From Octopus sinensis (taxonomy: Eukaryota), in contig NC_043010.1 of NCBI RefSeq assembly GCF_006345805.1, forward strand, positions 39,060,001 through 39,124,000: a stretch of 64,000 nt of DNA, in the 5' to 3' direction. The notes under the pieces were generated by a model. It was not told the DNA's origin. It ran no database searches and worked only from the letters and a program-made list of their open reading frames with translations. This document shows positions 1 through 13,649 of this stretch, piece after piece (the stretch's first letter is position 1; each line of letters begins with the position of its first letter). Both the position numbers and the translations under genes were made by a program.

Positions 1-659
1 CTGAATCTACATCTTGGGGAAGAGATAGAAGTTCGCAGCTGCTATATCAGGCAAATAAGGTGGATGCAGAAGCGATTCGATGTTGTTTTTGGCGAGACAC
101 TCATGAGTGAGGGGAGCTCAGTAACTGAGTGCACTGATGTCGTGGAGTATCCAGACGTTAGGGTCGCCTACACGGACCCATACCACAGACTAAAAGCATC
201 AGCAATACTATTGATTGTCCTCCGTCGATTCTCATGCACGAGCTGAAAAATTTTCTTCACGTTTTCGGGTCTGACGCTCGTAATAGTTCTTCCAACTCGT
301 TCCTCATCTTCCACGGACGATCTTCAGGTTTTGAAGCCCCCGTACCACTCTAAATATTACCGCTCTGCCGTTAGCTTGCGAAAGCATGATAAATATCTCA
401 GTAGCTTCCCAAGTTTAACGGAAAATTTCACGCTGACACTTTGTTCCTGTCCATGACAAAATCGAAGACTACAGCATGTATGTGATCTCCCCAATAAAAA
501 AAAGGAAAAATATATTCGCAACTTGTGACGTAAGCACAGCGATGACACTCGGCACACTGCCTCATGAAAATCACTGCTAGCTCTCACTGCGCACATAACT
601 GTGCTGCGATCTTTTGGCGCGCTACAGAACTAGTCCGAGAACCTCTTGGCACCATCTCG
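1..659 (-). mobile_element. Mariner (Tc1/mariner) transposon remnant, internally deleted, running off the left edge
   Basis: Minus-strand translation gives EQSVSVKFSVKLGK (N-terminus), SSVEDEERVGRT (HTH linker) and, after a large deletion, HPPYLPDIAAANFYLFPK (the YSPDLAPxD motif). A TIR-like end (...GGCACCATCTCG) is followed by TA at 660-661. Stops and frameshifts are present. Confidence 0.85.
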
Positions 660-1566
660 TATCTAATGTGAACTAATAGTAGCGTTTTTCTAACATCCAG
701 GATACTTCATGGAAACCTTTCAATATATTAAGATCTCTGTATGGAGATCTTAATATATCTCTCAAGAGACCGGAAGAATTAAGACATGGCATATTTCACA
801 ATTCACCATTGAAGTAGGAAGGAGCGTTACAAAACATTTCCTGCCTTTAGTTGGGCATTATTTCTCGATGGTCATAAATTTGATAACTTTCTCCACAAAA
901 TAATATAAATATGAGCCATAGCAGCCAGAAAAACTTATCAAATGTCGATAAATGAAGCACCGTTAAATTGTTACAAATATGCGCAAACTAGAGGGATGTT
1001 AGAAGCAATTGTTGAAATTTAGAGAATTGCTTACCACACCAACAGAAAATGTTCTTCAGAAAGGCATTATACACTGTACTTATGCCTCTACCAGTAATAT
1101 ATCAAGGGAACTGCTAAAGACAAGAGGCTATTCTATCAGCTGTAATTTGAAATCCCGATAGAAGTTTGGCAAACGATTGACAAAACTGCAAGCAGCATCA
1201 TGCAGACGGTATTAGATAAAGCCAACACATTTGTTAAAGGTTCGAAGTATTACGAATTAACTTTTAAAAATGAAAATCCTCATGACTCACAATCTTACCT
1301 AAATCTTAAAGTTATTCTTTTTTAGTATACTTACCGTTTAACGTCCTGGTATTTCGCCTGGTGAATTCAGTATTGAAGACAACCAATTCCAAACATTTAC
1401 ATTGTTTGTGTACATGCACTGGTTACACTGTTACTACTGATATGACTCCATTTTCATGTTGGGACACTGGGGTGTACAGTTGATAAAATAAGTGACAAAA
1501 CTCAGGTTTAGAGTAAAAGTCGGTTGATCTGACACATAAGGACATACACACACACACATACACACA

Positions 1567-1607
<41 letters not shown>

Positions 1608-1610
1608 CGT

Positions 1611-1646
<36 letters not shown>

Positions 1647-1658
1647 GTAAGACATGGG

Positions 1659-1908
1659 TGTGTGTTTGTGTGTGTGTGTTTGTGTGTGTGCATGTTTGTG
1701 TGACAGTGTTTGTCCTCCCACCATCGCTTGACAACCGATGTTTGTGTATTTGCGTCCCTGTAACCTAATGGTTCCACAAAAGAGACCAATAGAACAAATA
1801 CTAAGCTTACAAAGAATAAGTCTTGGGACCTATTTGTTCGAGTAAATGCAGTGCTCTAGGGCGACCGCAGTCAAATGACTGAAATAAATAAAAGAATGAA
1901 ATAATAAA
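1659..1908 (+). mobile_element. SINE family A (tRNA/CORE-like, internal microsatellite), 3' half
   Basis: GTTTGTCC..CATCGCTTGACAACCGATG...AAAGAATAAGTC...GCAGTCAAATGACTGAAA plus A-rich tail. Matches copies at 7097, 13650, 34705 and others. Confidence 0.85.
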
Positions 1909-2088
1909 ACAATATATATGTATATGTGTGCGTATATATATAAGAGTTACAAAATCGTGCATGTGGGAGATATCATATATGTCTCTCCTGCTTGTACCAT
2001 TTTGTAGACTCCTATTCTCTAATGAAACACGTGTTATGCGAATAACTGATACTCGATATTTCTCTAAACTCCAGTTTGTATATATATA

Positions 2089-2202
2089 CAGGGTGATTAA
2101 AATGTCGCCATGCATAACAACAATTATCTTTATAAGAGGCACTTGTTTTATTTAACTGTTTCTTATGAAAAAATTATGTATGGTAACTTTTACATCATTC
2201 TG
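2089..2202. mobile_element. Small Tc1/mariner-type MITE (degenerate)
   Basis: TA-flanked. The left end CAGGGTGATTAAAATGTCGCCA and the reverse complement of the right end CAGAATGATGTAAAAGTTACCA match at about 15 of 22 positions. Confidence 0.45.
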
Positions 2203-2242
2203 TATATATATTATATATATATATATATATTATATATATATA

Positions 2243-2412
2243 TATCAAGATATAAGTTATGATATAAAACTCGGAGGGATATAAATATCCAAGATAAGAC
2301 TGGTCTTGTCAATGTTAATAACATTTTATTAATCTTATCTCCATATTTTATCTTGTTTTTTTACAATTTTATCCATATATATATACATATATACATGTAT
2401 ATTATGTATATG

Positions 2413-2457
<45 letters not shown>

Positions 2458-3474
2458 TTATGTTATTTTCTATACCTTCACATACGTATTAAATTTGCAG
2501 CATTTATATGTTGCATTCCTACACACTATTATTGTTTTCTTCTCTCTATATACGCTTCTATTTTTGCATAACAGAAGAAAAAGATTGGATATTATTGCAT
2601 TTTGTGTCGGATTGAATGGTTATAATTTGCTATAGGAACGATATTGCGTAGATTCCCACATCTTACGCTCAATATTTATAACGACCTCTCCATCCTTTTT
2701 GTTGTGAATGTTATTGTTAGTACACCCACTACAACACGTTTCATCGTTAATTTGATAAATTTTGTCTTAGGGCAAATCTGTTTAGTACTAATTACAACAC
2801 GTTCGATAGTGAGAAAATGTCTTTTCATAGATGAGTAAACTGATCGAATGACGAATAATGCAGAAAGGACAGTCTTCAGCCCATTGTCGCAAATATTATT
2901 ACATTAACAATGTAGCTGTTTCCTTGTGGCTTTTTTTCCCTCTAATGCTGCCTTTTTTGACGTATTTTTCTGTCCTTGTTCTCTTCATCACACTCTACTT
3001 GTAATGCGTTTACTGTTTACTTGTTAATAACAGCTTCTAATTAAAAAACAAAACGTAACAAAGGTGACAATTTTTATTTGTATATATATTTACTTTATTT
3101 TGCTGACAGAAACAAAGTTGCAATGTTACCGTATATTTGCTTTCCTTTGCTTTCCTTTGGAGACAGCATGTGTGAAATTGGAAATAACATGTTGAGCGTC
3201 TAAACACACACACACACACACACACACCACACATATATATATATATTATATATATATATATAATATATATATATATTATATATATATATATATATATATC
3301 AAGATATAAGTTATGATATAAAACTCGGAGGGATATAAATATCCAAGATAAGACTGGTCTTGTCAATGTTAATAACATTTTATTAATCTTATCTCCATAT
3401 TTTATCTTGTTTTTTTACAATTTTATCCATATATATACATATATACATGTATATTATGTATATGTATGTATATA

Positions 3475-3514
<40 letters not shown>

Positions 3515-4253
3515 TATGTTATTTTCTATACCTTCACATACGTATTAAATTTGCAGCATTTATATGTTGCATTCCTACACACTATTATTGTTTTCTTCTC
3601 TCTATATACGCTTCTATTTTTGCATAACAGAAGAAAAAGATTGGATATTATGCATTTTGTGTCGGATTGAATGGTTATAATTTGCTATAGGAACGATATT
3701 GCGTAGATTCCCACATCTTACGCTCAATATTTATAACGACCTCTCCATCCTTTTTGTTGTGAATGTTATTGTTAGTACACCCACTACAACACGTTTCATC
3801 GTTAATTTGATAAATTTTGTCTTAGGGCAAATCTGTTTAGTACTAATTACAACACGTTCGATAGTGAGAAAATGTCTTTTCATAGATGAGTAAACTGATC
3901 GAATAACGAATAATGCAGAAAGGACAGTCTTCAGCCCATTGTCGCAAATATTATTACATTAACAATGTAGCTGTTTCCTTGTGGCTTTTTTTCCCTCTAA
4001 TGCTGCCTTTTTTGACGTATTTTTCTGTCTTGTTCTCTTCATCACACTCTACTTGTAATGCGTTTACTGTTTACTTGTTAATAACAGCTTCTAATTAAAA
4101 ACAAAACGTAACAAAGGTGACAATTTTTATTTGTATATATATTTACTTTATTTTGCTGACAGAAACAAGTTGCAATGTTACCGTATATTTGCTTTCCTTT
4201 GCTTTCCTTTGGAGACAGCATGTGTGAAATTGGAAATAACATGTTGAGCGTCT

Positions 4254-4320
<67 letters not shown>
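2243..4320. repeat. Tandem duplication of a ~1.05-kb unit bounded by (TA)n/(CA)n
   Basis: TATCAAGATATAAGTTATGATATAAAACTCGGAGGG starts at ~2243 and again at ~3297. The copies differ mostly by microsatellite length and single-base indels. Confidence 0.95.
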
Positions 4321-4324
<4 letters not shown>

Positions 4325-5800
4325 GATACTTATTGTGAGGGCAAGACGTGTGGAAATAAAAGAAAAAGGTTTAATAATTATTTTTAATATAAGGAAAAGA
4401 AAAGTAAATTTGTGAGGTTTTCATAGTCGAGCAGGAAAACTAAATCGACTTCCGAAGGATTTGAACTCCGTGTATAATGAGCCACAACTAACTTTAAAAA
4501 ATGCATGTTTAGCTCGGAATGGAAAGGTATAGCTTTAGAGGAGGAAAATTACTGTGCATTACAGAAACACACACACTCACACACACACATATATGTATGT
4601 ATGTATGTACGTATGTATACACACATACACCTACACACACGTACATATGTAATAAATATTTATCTATAATATAATCACTTCTACTATAAGCAAAAGGTCT
4701 GACATTTGTGGAGAAGCATATAATCGATTACCTCGTCCCCATAACTAGAGTCGATGCTGAAGACATGAAAAGCAAAATGTTATATATATATACATACATA
4801 TGTATACACACACACATAATTATAATAGATAAATCGATACATTTAGCTAGGTATGTAGAGAGGAATAAGAGGAGTTGGAGGGGAGATAGAATGGGGATGA
4901 GGAGGTGGTCAAAATAGTAGTTGTTAGTGGGACAAAGGAATTGGATTGGGATAGGAGGAGGTGTTATGGGGAAGAACGGGGTGTGAAATTGAATAGAGGT
5001 GTTTGCATGGGATGGATGTAGAGGTAGATTGGTTAGTTGTCAAAGGAGTGGGGTATTGTTAAGCACTTTTTGAAAGTGGGGCGGTTTGGAATGCTAAGAG
5101 GGAAGTGGGATTATTGGATTCGAAGAATTTAGAAGAAATTGGAAATGTGTGTAAGAGAAAGAATAAGTGGTCGCAGTATTTTTCAAGTAGTAGGTTGATA
5201 AGTTGACTTTTTTCTTAGTTTAAGGTTATTGTGGGTATGGGATACATACCTACTGAACTAGTCAACTTGTTTCCCTTAAACCATAGCCATTCCCGTTTTC
5301 ACTATATCAACCTTTATCTCTATAACATAGATACAAACTAACACAAAGGTTACCATTCACATACTACCTAAACCACCCTTTCCTCTTACTCCCACCTTCC
5401 ACATTTACTACTATCCCTAGCCACATTGATAACTCCGAAGTTTATTTTCTCCTCCCACTGCTCTGTCTCTAAATACCTCCCAACTCTTCCTTCTAATACA
5501 CTTAGTTCTGCACAAAATCATTCCATATTGAAGCTCATTTGTCAACACGTCAAATGTAAAATTCTTCCCCGAAGACGGAGGCTGGTAATATCAGATGATG
5601 GAATCAATTTACAATCCTTATTTTGCACAACTAAATCCCCAGAAACTGTTGCTGCATTTGTAAAACTTTTATTCAACCCCTTTAATTCCTAATATCATTT
5701 TTATTCCGTGTAAGTCGGAACATTTTATACCTAAACATAACTACATTATTCTGTATTTCGACTTGCCTAACTTGATTTTCCTTACGTTTACTCCTATATA

Positions 5801-5836
<36 letters not shown>

Positions 5837-6466
5837 TGTATGTATGTATGTATGTATGTATGTATGTATCTATATAGCATACAAAACAACACGTATAATA
5901 GACCTAATATAATGTTGTAGAGTAGTTTATAATACATACGCAGTGAAACTTTAGAAATATGTAGGTTTACTTTTTCTTTCTCTGCCCCGATATGTTTTCT
6001 TTGCCCTGGCATGTTTTACGCCTCGTTGACCTTTCATCGGGGTGCAATGACCTCATTGTTCGCAGGGCAGTTAAACGAATTAATATTAATGCACAACACA
6101 GGGCGTATAGAAAACGTGGACTACATTTAAATTGATTATCGATTGCAAGCTTTTCGTTGTGAAACCATTTTTTAAAAACCATATTACCGTTGAAATATAC
6201 TGATTATATTTCGATGAATTTTGAAAATATTGAAGTATGTAGTAAAATTGTAAAGATTATTTTCCAACATAACGTGGCAATCGAATGTTATAGTAACATT
6301 CGACTGTTACTGAATGTCTCTCGTTGAGAGATTTACAAATAGAAATTTTCTATTTTAATAGAAATTTTCTATTTTAATATAATAATTCTGTTATTATTAA
6401 GCGATTTTCTCTAAGCTATATTTGTTTCACATTTTGGTACAAAGCCAGTAACTTCGAGTGAGAGGA

Positions 6467-6637
6467 TAAGTCAATTACATCGACCACCCCGTTGCTCAAC
6501 TGGTACTTATATCATGCACTGCGGAAGGATGAAAGGCAAATTCAGTCTCGGCAAAATTTGAACTCAGAAGAAAAGGACAGACGGATTTCCTCTAAGTGTT
6601 TTGTGCGATGCGCTAACGATTCTGCCAGCTCGCCGTA
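6467..6637 (-). mobile_element. SINE family C (GTCGAC-rich central domain), diverged
   Basis: AACTGGTACTT...GGATGAAAGGCAAA...ATTTGAACTCAGAA...GCTAACGATTCTGCCAGCTCGCC is the reverse complement of the family C copy at 16762. Confidence 0.8.
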
Positions 6638-6643
6638 TTTTAA

Positions 6644-6863
6644 CACTTTAGCAATAAAACCAGACACAGCCAACCAAAATATTCAACGTGGTTTATGTTT
6701 AAAATGATCGAATTTAGCTGCTCGCCCCTATCTTACAATGTCATTGTAAAAGTAAACAATGACATCATTGAACTCTTAAAGCTGCAAGATAATGCATAAT
6801 TAATTCATAACGCTGAGAATGAATAAGCATTTTATTTGACAAAATAATCTGAATGCGAAAGGG
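6644..6863. mobile_element. piggyBac-type MITE (~220 bp)
   Basis: TTAA on both sides (6640-6643, 6864-6867). The termini CACTTTAGCA and TGCGAAAGGG are imperfect inverted repeats of the CCC...GGG type. Confidence 0.7.
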
Positions 6864-7096
6864 TTAATTTTCATCATTTTTTAACCTCAAGATCTCAGGA
6901 GAGTTGGTATCAAACATGTTATAGAATATGTGAATAGAACTCGTTTTTCTCTTCATAATTGTATTCTATCAAATGACTTAAAAGGATTCTGTGGTGTATT
7001 GCCGTTGAAGGTATATAAAATATATACATGTATCATATCCACTTCTATTATATTATGTAACAGTTATATATATATATATTTATATGTATATAAGAA

Positions 7097-7372
7097 GAAA
7101 AGGAGCCCGTCGTATATATGTATATGTATATATATGTGTGCATGTATGCGTGTTTGTGTGTCTGTGTTTGTCCCCCAACATCGGTTGACAACCGATGCTG
7201 GTGTGTTTACGTCCCCGTAACTTAGCGTTTCGACAAAAGAGACCGATAGAATAAGTAATAGGCTTACAAAGAATAAGTCCTGGGGTCGTTTTACTAGATT
7301 AAAGGCAGTGCTTAAGCATAGCCGCAGCCAAAAGACTGAAACAAGTAAAAGAATAAAAGAGAGAGTAAGAGA
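7097..7372 (+). mobile_element. SINE family A, 3' two-thirds
   Basis: GCCCGTCGTATAT, internal microsatellite, GTTTGTCCCCCAACATCGGTTGACAACCGATGCTGG...GACTGAAACAAGTAAAAGAATAAAAGAG tail. Confidence 0.9.
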
Positions 7373-7406
<34 letters not shown>

Positions 7407-7834
7407 GCACGTTTATTAATTTATTTTGCAAGATTCCTGATGTGAAATCGTGTATTAACACAGATATTTGAGAAGGTACGTGGGATGGAAGTGTCGCTAG
7501 AGTGGTCACAGTTCTGTGACGAAAGATTTCCAGACAATAGGCATAAAATAAGAACAATAAAAAGCAACTGAAGAACGAATGTATAGTGTATGTGTTTATT
7601 TGGCAAGTAAAATGACCATCATGAAATATAATAATCATATTTGTAGTGTTTAAATAATTTCTGACAAAAACTGAAGCACTACATAGCCGATGCTCCGATG
7701 AAGCTATCAAGAGTTACTCAGGCACTCGAATATGAGACCACTGCATCCTATAGTAGAAACAGCCATAGGCTCTTCATAAGACAACATAGCCTATGAACAT
7801 AGGCTGTTCATAAGATCATAAGATAATCGTTTAT

Positions 7835-8075
7835 CGTCTCTGTTTCTCATATCACCTGATCACGTGATCGACCAGGCTATCAGATGTTCTTACGCATCGC
7901 TGGTCCCAATGCGTTTTTGCAACGTTTTAGCCTTCAGATGACGCCACCCCGCTGGCTATGCAAGCAGATCAATACCCCCTCTGATCGAAATGGGGAATGG
8001 GGCAGCGTGAAATGAAGTATTTTCCTCAAGAACACGACGTGCCGCCCAATCAGAGAATCGAACCCACTATCTAGC
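7835..8075 (-). mobile_element. SINE family D (B-type tRNA head plus CORE-like segment), diverged
   Basis: GCAGCGTGAAATGAAGTATTTTCCTCAAGAACACGACG...GAATCGAACCCAC is similar to the copy at 39130-39369. Confidence 0.65.
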
Positions 8076-8129
8076 GCCTACACCTTTTTCTTATATATAT
8101 GTATATATAATATATATATATATATGTAT

Positions 8130-8160
<31 letters not shown>

Positions 8161-10216
8161 GATGGACAGACATGCAGATAGATAGATGCGTGTGTTTGTC
8201 TCTATGTATGTAGTTGTGATTATGTTTCCTAAGTGAATCTATATAGATTCTGTATGATATTTACACCGTAATGCAAGTCCACTATTTCCAAACATTTGAA
8301 AGACACACTTTCATAACATGAGTACCACAATTAGTATCGGTTCGAATTATATATTCAAACCCTTATAGTTCGTATTCCATAATGGGTTGCAGTTCAATGC
8401 TTCAAAATATTAGAATAAGGGAATAGACGAATGAAGAGAATAAACTGAAACATTCCATTTAATCTGAATTTCCTATGCATAAATCAGCTGATCCAATTAT
8501 TTCACGCACATGACCATATCACATCTCATCAAGAGTCTCACTTGTCGATATTTAATTACATTCAGTAACAGAAAATATTAACTTGGGTTTACCAGCCGTT
8601 GATATTACAAAAACAGCAACAGTACATCATCATCATCATCATCATCATCACCAGTAGCAACAATAGCAAGAACAATAACAGCAGGAATAATCTCAGCTAC
8701 AAGAACAACGAATGTCTAAGTCGCATTTATAATTATATTCACGTCGATGTTATTTTAAAGACAGTATGTTTGAGCTAGTTTGAAAAGGAATTTATTGAAT
8801 AACTTTATAAAAACACGCTGTTGTACAGATTCGTTCAAATACCAGATCCGTTATTGATATCCCCCTCCCTCGGCAAAAAAGACAAAAAAGAATAATAATA
8901 ATAATAATAATAATAATGATAAGAGAAAAAACAGAATTCAAATGACATACTAACGCGTAATCTCAAACACATGCATACATAATCAAACATATTTACACAC
9001 ATTTGTACGCCTACATACACCTACAATGTAATCAATATGACTATCGATGACTAAAACTTTCTCTTTTTTCACTTTGAATATTGATATTAATGCATTGACT
9101 ATAACAAATATTTAAATTGATTTAAAAAAAAAATAATTTCCCTGGTTCCCTTCCTTCATAATGAATGAAATATATTTGATATGGATTGTTGTCTCTCTAA
9201 ATATTATGAAGGAATTAATAATACTGTGCTAATAATAACAACAACAACAACAACAACAACAGTGAGAACAATAACCAATGGAAAAATAAAGAATTCAATC
9301 GATGTAAACTAAAACAACAAAATTAAGGTAAATAAATGCCTCAATAAAGTAGTGAGCGTTGTAGAAAGTGTAAGGAAATAAAAGGAAATAAAATAAAGAA
9401 CACACCTAGGAAACAATTATGTCTCTGAAACTTTGTCACTCAATTGAATATCATGTAAATATTAAACTTGTGTTTATTTATTGAACGCGATCAAGAAGTG
9501 TCTCTTCTTTATTTAAGACACGGAAAAGTTAAGTGAGATGAAGCTGTAAATACGGTAAGACATCGGACTACAATATTAAGGTTTGTGGTTTCGCCTTACT
9601 TCGTCGATGCAGCGTGAATTTTATTCCGTATTTGTGGGAAATATTTTCAAATTTTCAAATCTTCAAATCTTCATAGCCATCTATATCTTGTTTCTCTTGC
9701 AAATACATAAGGTAGAATCGTAAGGACGGCCGCTGCACACAGTCATAAACACTGCTGTTCGTCAGCTTAAAGTGTTTCCATGCTTCAATGAGGATGCTTT
9801 GACATGTTGTTCGTCTGTAATACGAATCATCTCAGATCGGGAGCGAAAAGTATATCGTGTCTTCTATAGATTTGTTATAACCTTTCTCGCGTGGAAAGGT
9901 CGCCAGCAAGGAAAGGTGAGTTTTACAATATTTAATTCCGTTCTCCTTGCAACAGCACACCACCTGAGATCGATGGATTGACAAAATCATCAAAGCATTG
10001 TGAAAAATCCTTTGTGGTATATGTTCCAGCTGTACACGTTCCGATTTAAAAATTCTGCCCATGGCAACAGTATCTGTCAGCTCGCTCAAATCGATAAAAA
10101 ATAGTAGTACCAATCATGAACTGGTTTCGATATCATTCTTCCACAAAAATTCTTTGTAGCACTACTCAAAATTTCTACAACTCTTTCTGCTCCCTTATTG
10201 TTTACCTTTTAAATAG

Positions 10217-10462
10217 GCGCAGGAGTGGCTGTGTGGTAAGTAGCTTGCTTGCCAACAACATGGTTCCGGGTTGATTCTCACTGCGCGTCACCTTAGGCAA
10301 GTGTCTTCTACTATAGCCTCGGGCCAGCCAAAGCCTTGTGAGTGGATTTAGTAGACGGAAACTGAAAGAAGCCCGTCGTATATATGTATATACATATATA
10401 TATATATATATGTGTGTGCGTGTATGTATGTGTTTGTGTGTTTGTCCCGCCCAACATCGCTT
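10217..10462 (+). mobile_element. SINE family A, 5' part
   Basis: GGCGCAGGAGTGGCTGTGTGGTAAG (box A), GGTTCCGGGTTGATTC (box B region), CACCTTAGGCAAGTGTCTT (CORE-like), then the internal microsatellite. Confidence 0.9.
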
Positions 10463-10851
10463 CACACACACACACACGCACATACATTCACACACACGCA
10501 TGCATGCACATACGCGCACACACTCACGCGCGCGCACACACACATGCACACACACGCACGCACACAGAGACATAAACACACACATACATACAGGCATAGG
10601 CACATGAACACCCTGCGAGCTTAATTTTAAGTTTAAAAGTTACAGAAAAGTATCAGATAACAATTAGATCCGTTGCCTTTCTGTCCTCCTTTTCGATTAA
10701 AACACGAGTTAAAGTGACTGTGAAATGTGTCGTAGACTCAATGAACACGTATAGTATAACTGTATGAGGTACATGGAGGGAACGTCTACAACATTCCAAC
10801 ATATTTGCGTAGGAGAGACCAATCGTAGTTAAAAGATATATATTAGTGACT

Positions 10852-11484
10852 GGGCACAAGGCCCGTAATTTTTGGTAAGGGGACTAGACGATTAGATCGA
10901 CCTCAGTACACAACGGGTACTTAATATATCGACCCCGAAAGAATGAAAGGCAAAGTCGACCTCAGCGGAATTTGAACCCAGAACATAAAAACAGACGAAA
11001 TACCCCTAAGCATTTCGCCCGGCGTGCTAACGTTTCTTAGTTCTTTATTGCCCATATGTGCATATATATATTTCTTTACTACCCACAAGGGGCTAAACAT
11101 AGAGGGGACAAACAAGGACAGGCAAATGGATTAAAGCGATTACATCGACCTCAGTGTGTAACTGGTACTTAATTTATCGACCCTGAAAGGATGAAGGGCA
11201 AAGTCGACCTCGGCGGAATTTGAACTCAGAAAGTAACGGCAGACGAAATATCTATTTCTTTACTACCCACAAGGGGCTAAACACAAATGGACAAACAAGG
11301 ACAGACACATGGATTAAGTCGATTATATCGACCCCAGTGCGTAACTGGTACTTATTTAATCGACCCCGAAAGGATGAAAGGCAAAGTCGACCTCGGCGGA
11401 ATTTGAACTCAGAAAGTAACGGCAGACGAAATACCGCTGGGCATTCCGCCCGACGTGCTAACGTTTCCGCCAGCTCAACGCCTT
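10852..11484 (-). mobile_element. SINE family C multimer (three body units)
   Basis: Three copies of ATCGACCCCGAAAGGATGAAAGGCAAAGTCGACCTCGGCGGAATTTGAAC. Two are exact head-to-tail with a 183-bp period (CGGCAGACGAAATA ends at 11250 and 11433). Confidence 0.9.
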
Positions 11485-12098
11485 AATAGAAATAAATAAT
11501 ACTAATCATAGTATTAAATAGTGAAAGAGTTACCTTAACTAAAACTACTTCTATTTAAACCAATCAGTACTAGTTAAAGCAATCTACCTACGTAGGTAGA
11601 TCTATAAACAATCTAGCTATGAAGGTAGATCGACTGAGGCAGTACTCAAATTTAGTGAATATAAAATATTACTAATCGTAGTACTAATAAAAAATTCAAT
11701 GAACATTTGTGCAGAGTTATTTAAAATAAAGCTATATTTCTTTTTTAACCAATCAGCGCTAATTACAGAAGTTGATTAATTCAATTGACATCAATCTATG
11801 TATATAGGTAGATAGATAAACATAATTTAATAGAATCTTTGTAGGTGTTACATACGATACGATGCATAAAAAATAGTCTGACACGAATAGAGCAATACAT
11901 TTTCAGCTATATGTCTTATAATTATAATATATTTCTATGTATGCAGGTGATGCGTATATGTGTGCGTGTAAGCACGTGTTTATATACATGGGTATATATA
12001 GAAACACACCCGCACATGTGTATAAATGGTGGTGTGTATATGTGTGTATACATACATTTTCATATAAATGCATATACATGATTTTCACCCTCTCTGCA

Positions 12099-12162
<64 letters not shown>

Positions 12163-12230
12163 CTGTGTGTGTGTGTGTGTGTGTCTGTGTGTGTGTCTGT
12201 GTGTTTGTGTGCGCTGTGTGCGTATATGTG

Positions 12231-12307
<77 letters not shown>

Positions 12308-12834
12308 ATATATGTATGTATGTATATATATATAAATATGTATGTGCCTGTGTATTCATGTGTGTATCTGTGCATGTGTGTGTATGTACATGAATGTGCT
12401 CTTTTGTTTGCTTTTACTTTCCTCTGTATAAACATCATAAAAAAGTTTGCAGATAGGAAATATATCGCCAATAACATAATTATGTTTCATTAGCATTGAA
12501 ATTTTATTGTCATAAATCGTGACACTTGAAAAGGAGGTCAGAATATATTGTATCATTAAAATTTTCTGTTTACTTAAATTCTACCTTTTGGATCTTAACA
12601 GAAGCGTGATCAACAAGCACTGAATAGATATATCTTTGGCTACGAAGAAGCTTCTACTCTCTATCAGAAAACTAACAGCTAAAAATATCCTTAAATTATA
12701 AATCGCACTTCGCAATCTTGCATGGAAATAGAATGAGTTGGACAGTATGCTACTGAAAAACACAACATAATGGATTGCTCTGGTTAAGTGTTTTTTTTAC
12801 AATCATCAATGCCAATCTGATCCAAAGAGGCCAG

Positions 12835-13200
12835 GGGTTTCGGTAAGACGTTAAGTCGATTACATCGATAACAGTGTTCGACTGTACCAACCTCGAAAGG
12901 ATGAAAGGCCAAGTCGATCTCGGCAACATTTGATCTCAGAACGTAAAGTCGTAAATAACGCCGCAAACTCCAGCCCTCCCCCGGCGCGGTAATGATCCTG
13001 CCACCTCGCTGTTTCATTTACTATAAATATATTGATTTCAAATCTTGGCGAGCACAGTCTTCAACTGGTATTTATTTTATCGACCCCGAAATGGTGAAAC
13101 ACAATGCCGAGCCCAGCGGTGTCAATTTAAGCCAGAATGTGAATATCGAAAGAAATGCCGGTTAGCATTTTTTTCCGCCGCGGCTACGATTCTGGCAGCT
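12835..13200 (-). mobile_element. Two old SINE family C fragments
   Basis: CTCGAAAGGATGAAAGGCCAAGTCGATCTCGGC at ~12890 and AACTGGTATTTATTTTATCGACCCCGAAA at ~13063. Confidence 0.65.
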
Positions 13201-13649
13201 TGCTGCTTTACAAACAAACTGTATATATATTAATACAAAAACAAGCAACTATAATTAACCTCTGCGGATTGTTAATTATTGCAATATTTCGTGGTAGATA
13301 TAAGTTTGCTTGTCTGAACGATAACGTTTTCTTACATCCCATCAGTTTTAAAGGCTAAAATATCTTCATGGCTCTTACATTTGTTTCTCGCAACTGGGAC
13401 ATTAAAAGCAAATTTCATTTCCCTTCCTGTTTGTGAGAAGACTGGTTATAAATACCTTATCTCTTTATAGTCAAATAGATACATTATTTAACAGTAACGT
13501 ATCTATCTGTTCTTCATAGGCACTCGAAGATTCAAACCGTTGAATTGTGTTTTTTGCGAAGTAGAAGAGAATGTTCTGCGATGGCATAAACAACAGCGGT
13601 CATACAGTCCTCTTCCAATTCGCCAGAAAATATGAGAATAATTAGATAT

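Noticed and set aside
723-758. 15-bp perfect hairpin (also a 10-bp hairpin at 6281-6303 and a 19-bp tandem palindrome at 6338-6375)
   Set aside because: Short AT-rich stems of this kind are common in this composition and have no supporting context.
1020-1300. ~90-codon frame with a single stop
   Set aside because: No motif recognised; probably a decayed transposon ORF of unknown class.
9560-10130. FIDLSELTDTV on the minus strand resembling the RT motif FIDLxKAFDTV
   Set aside because: A single weak motif; too decayed to call beyond a possible old LINE.
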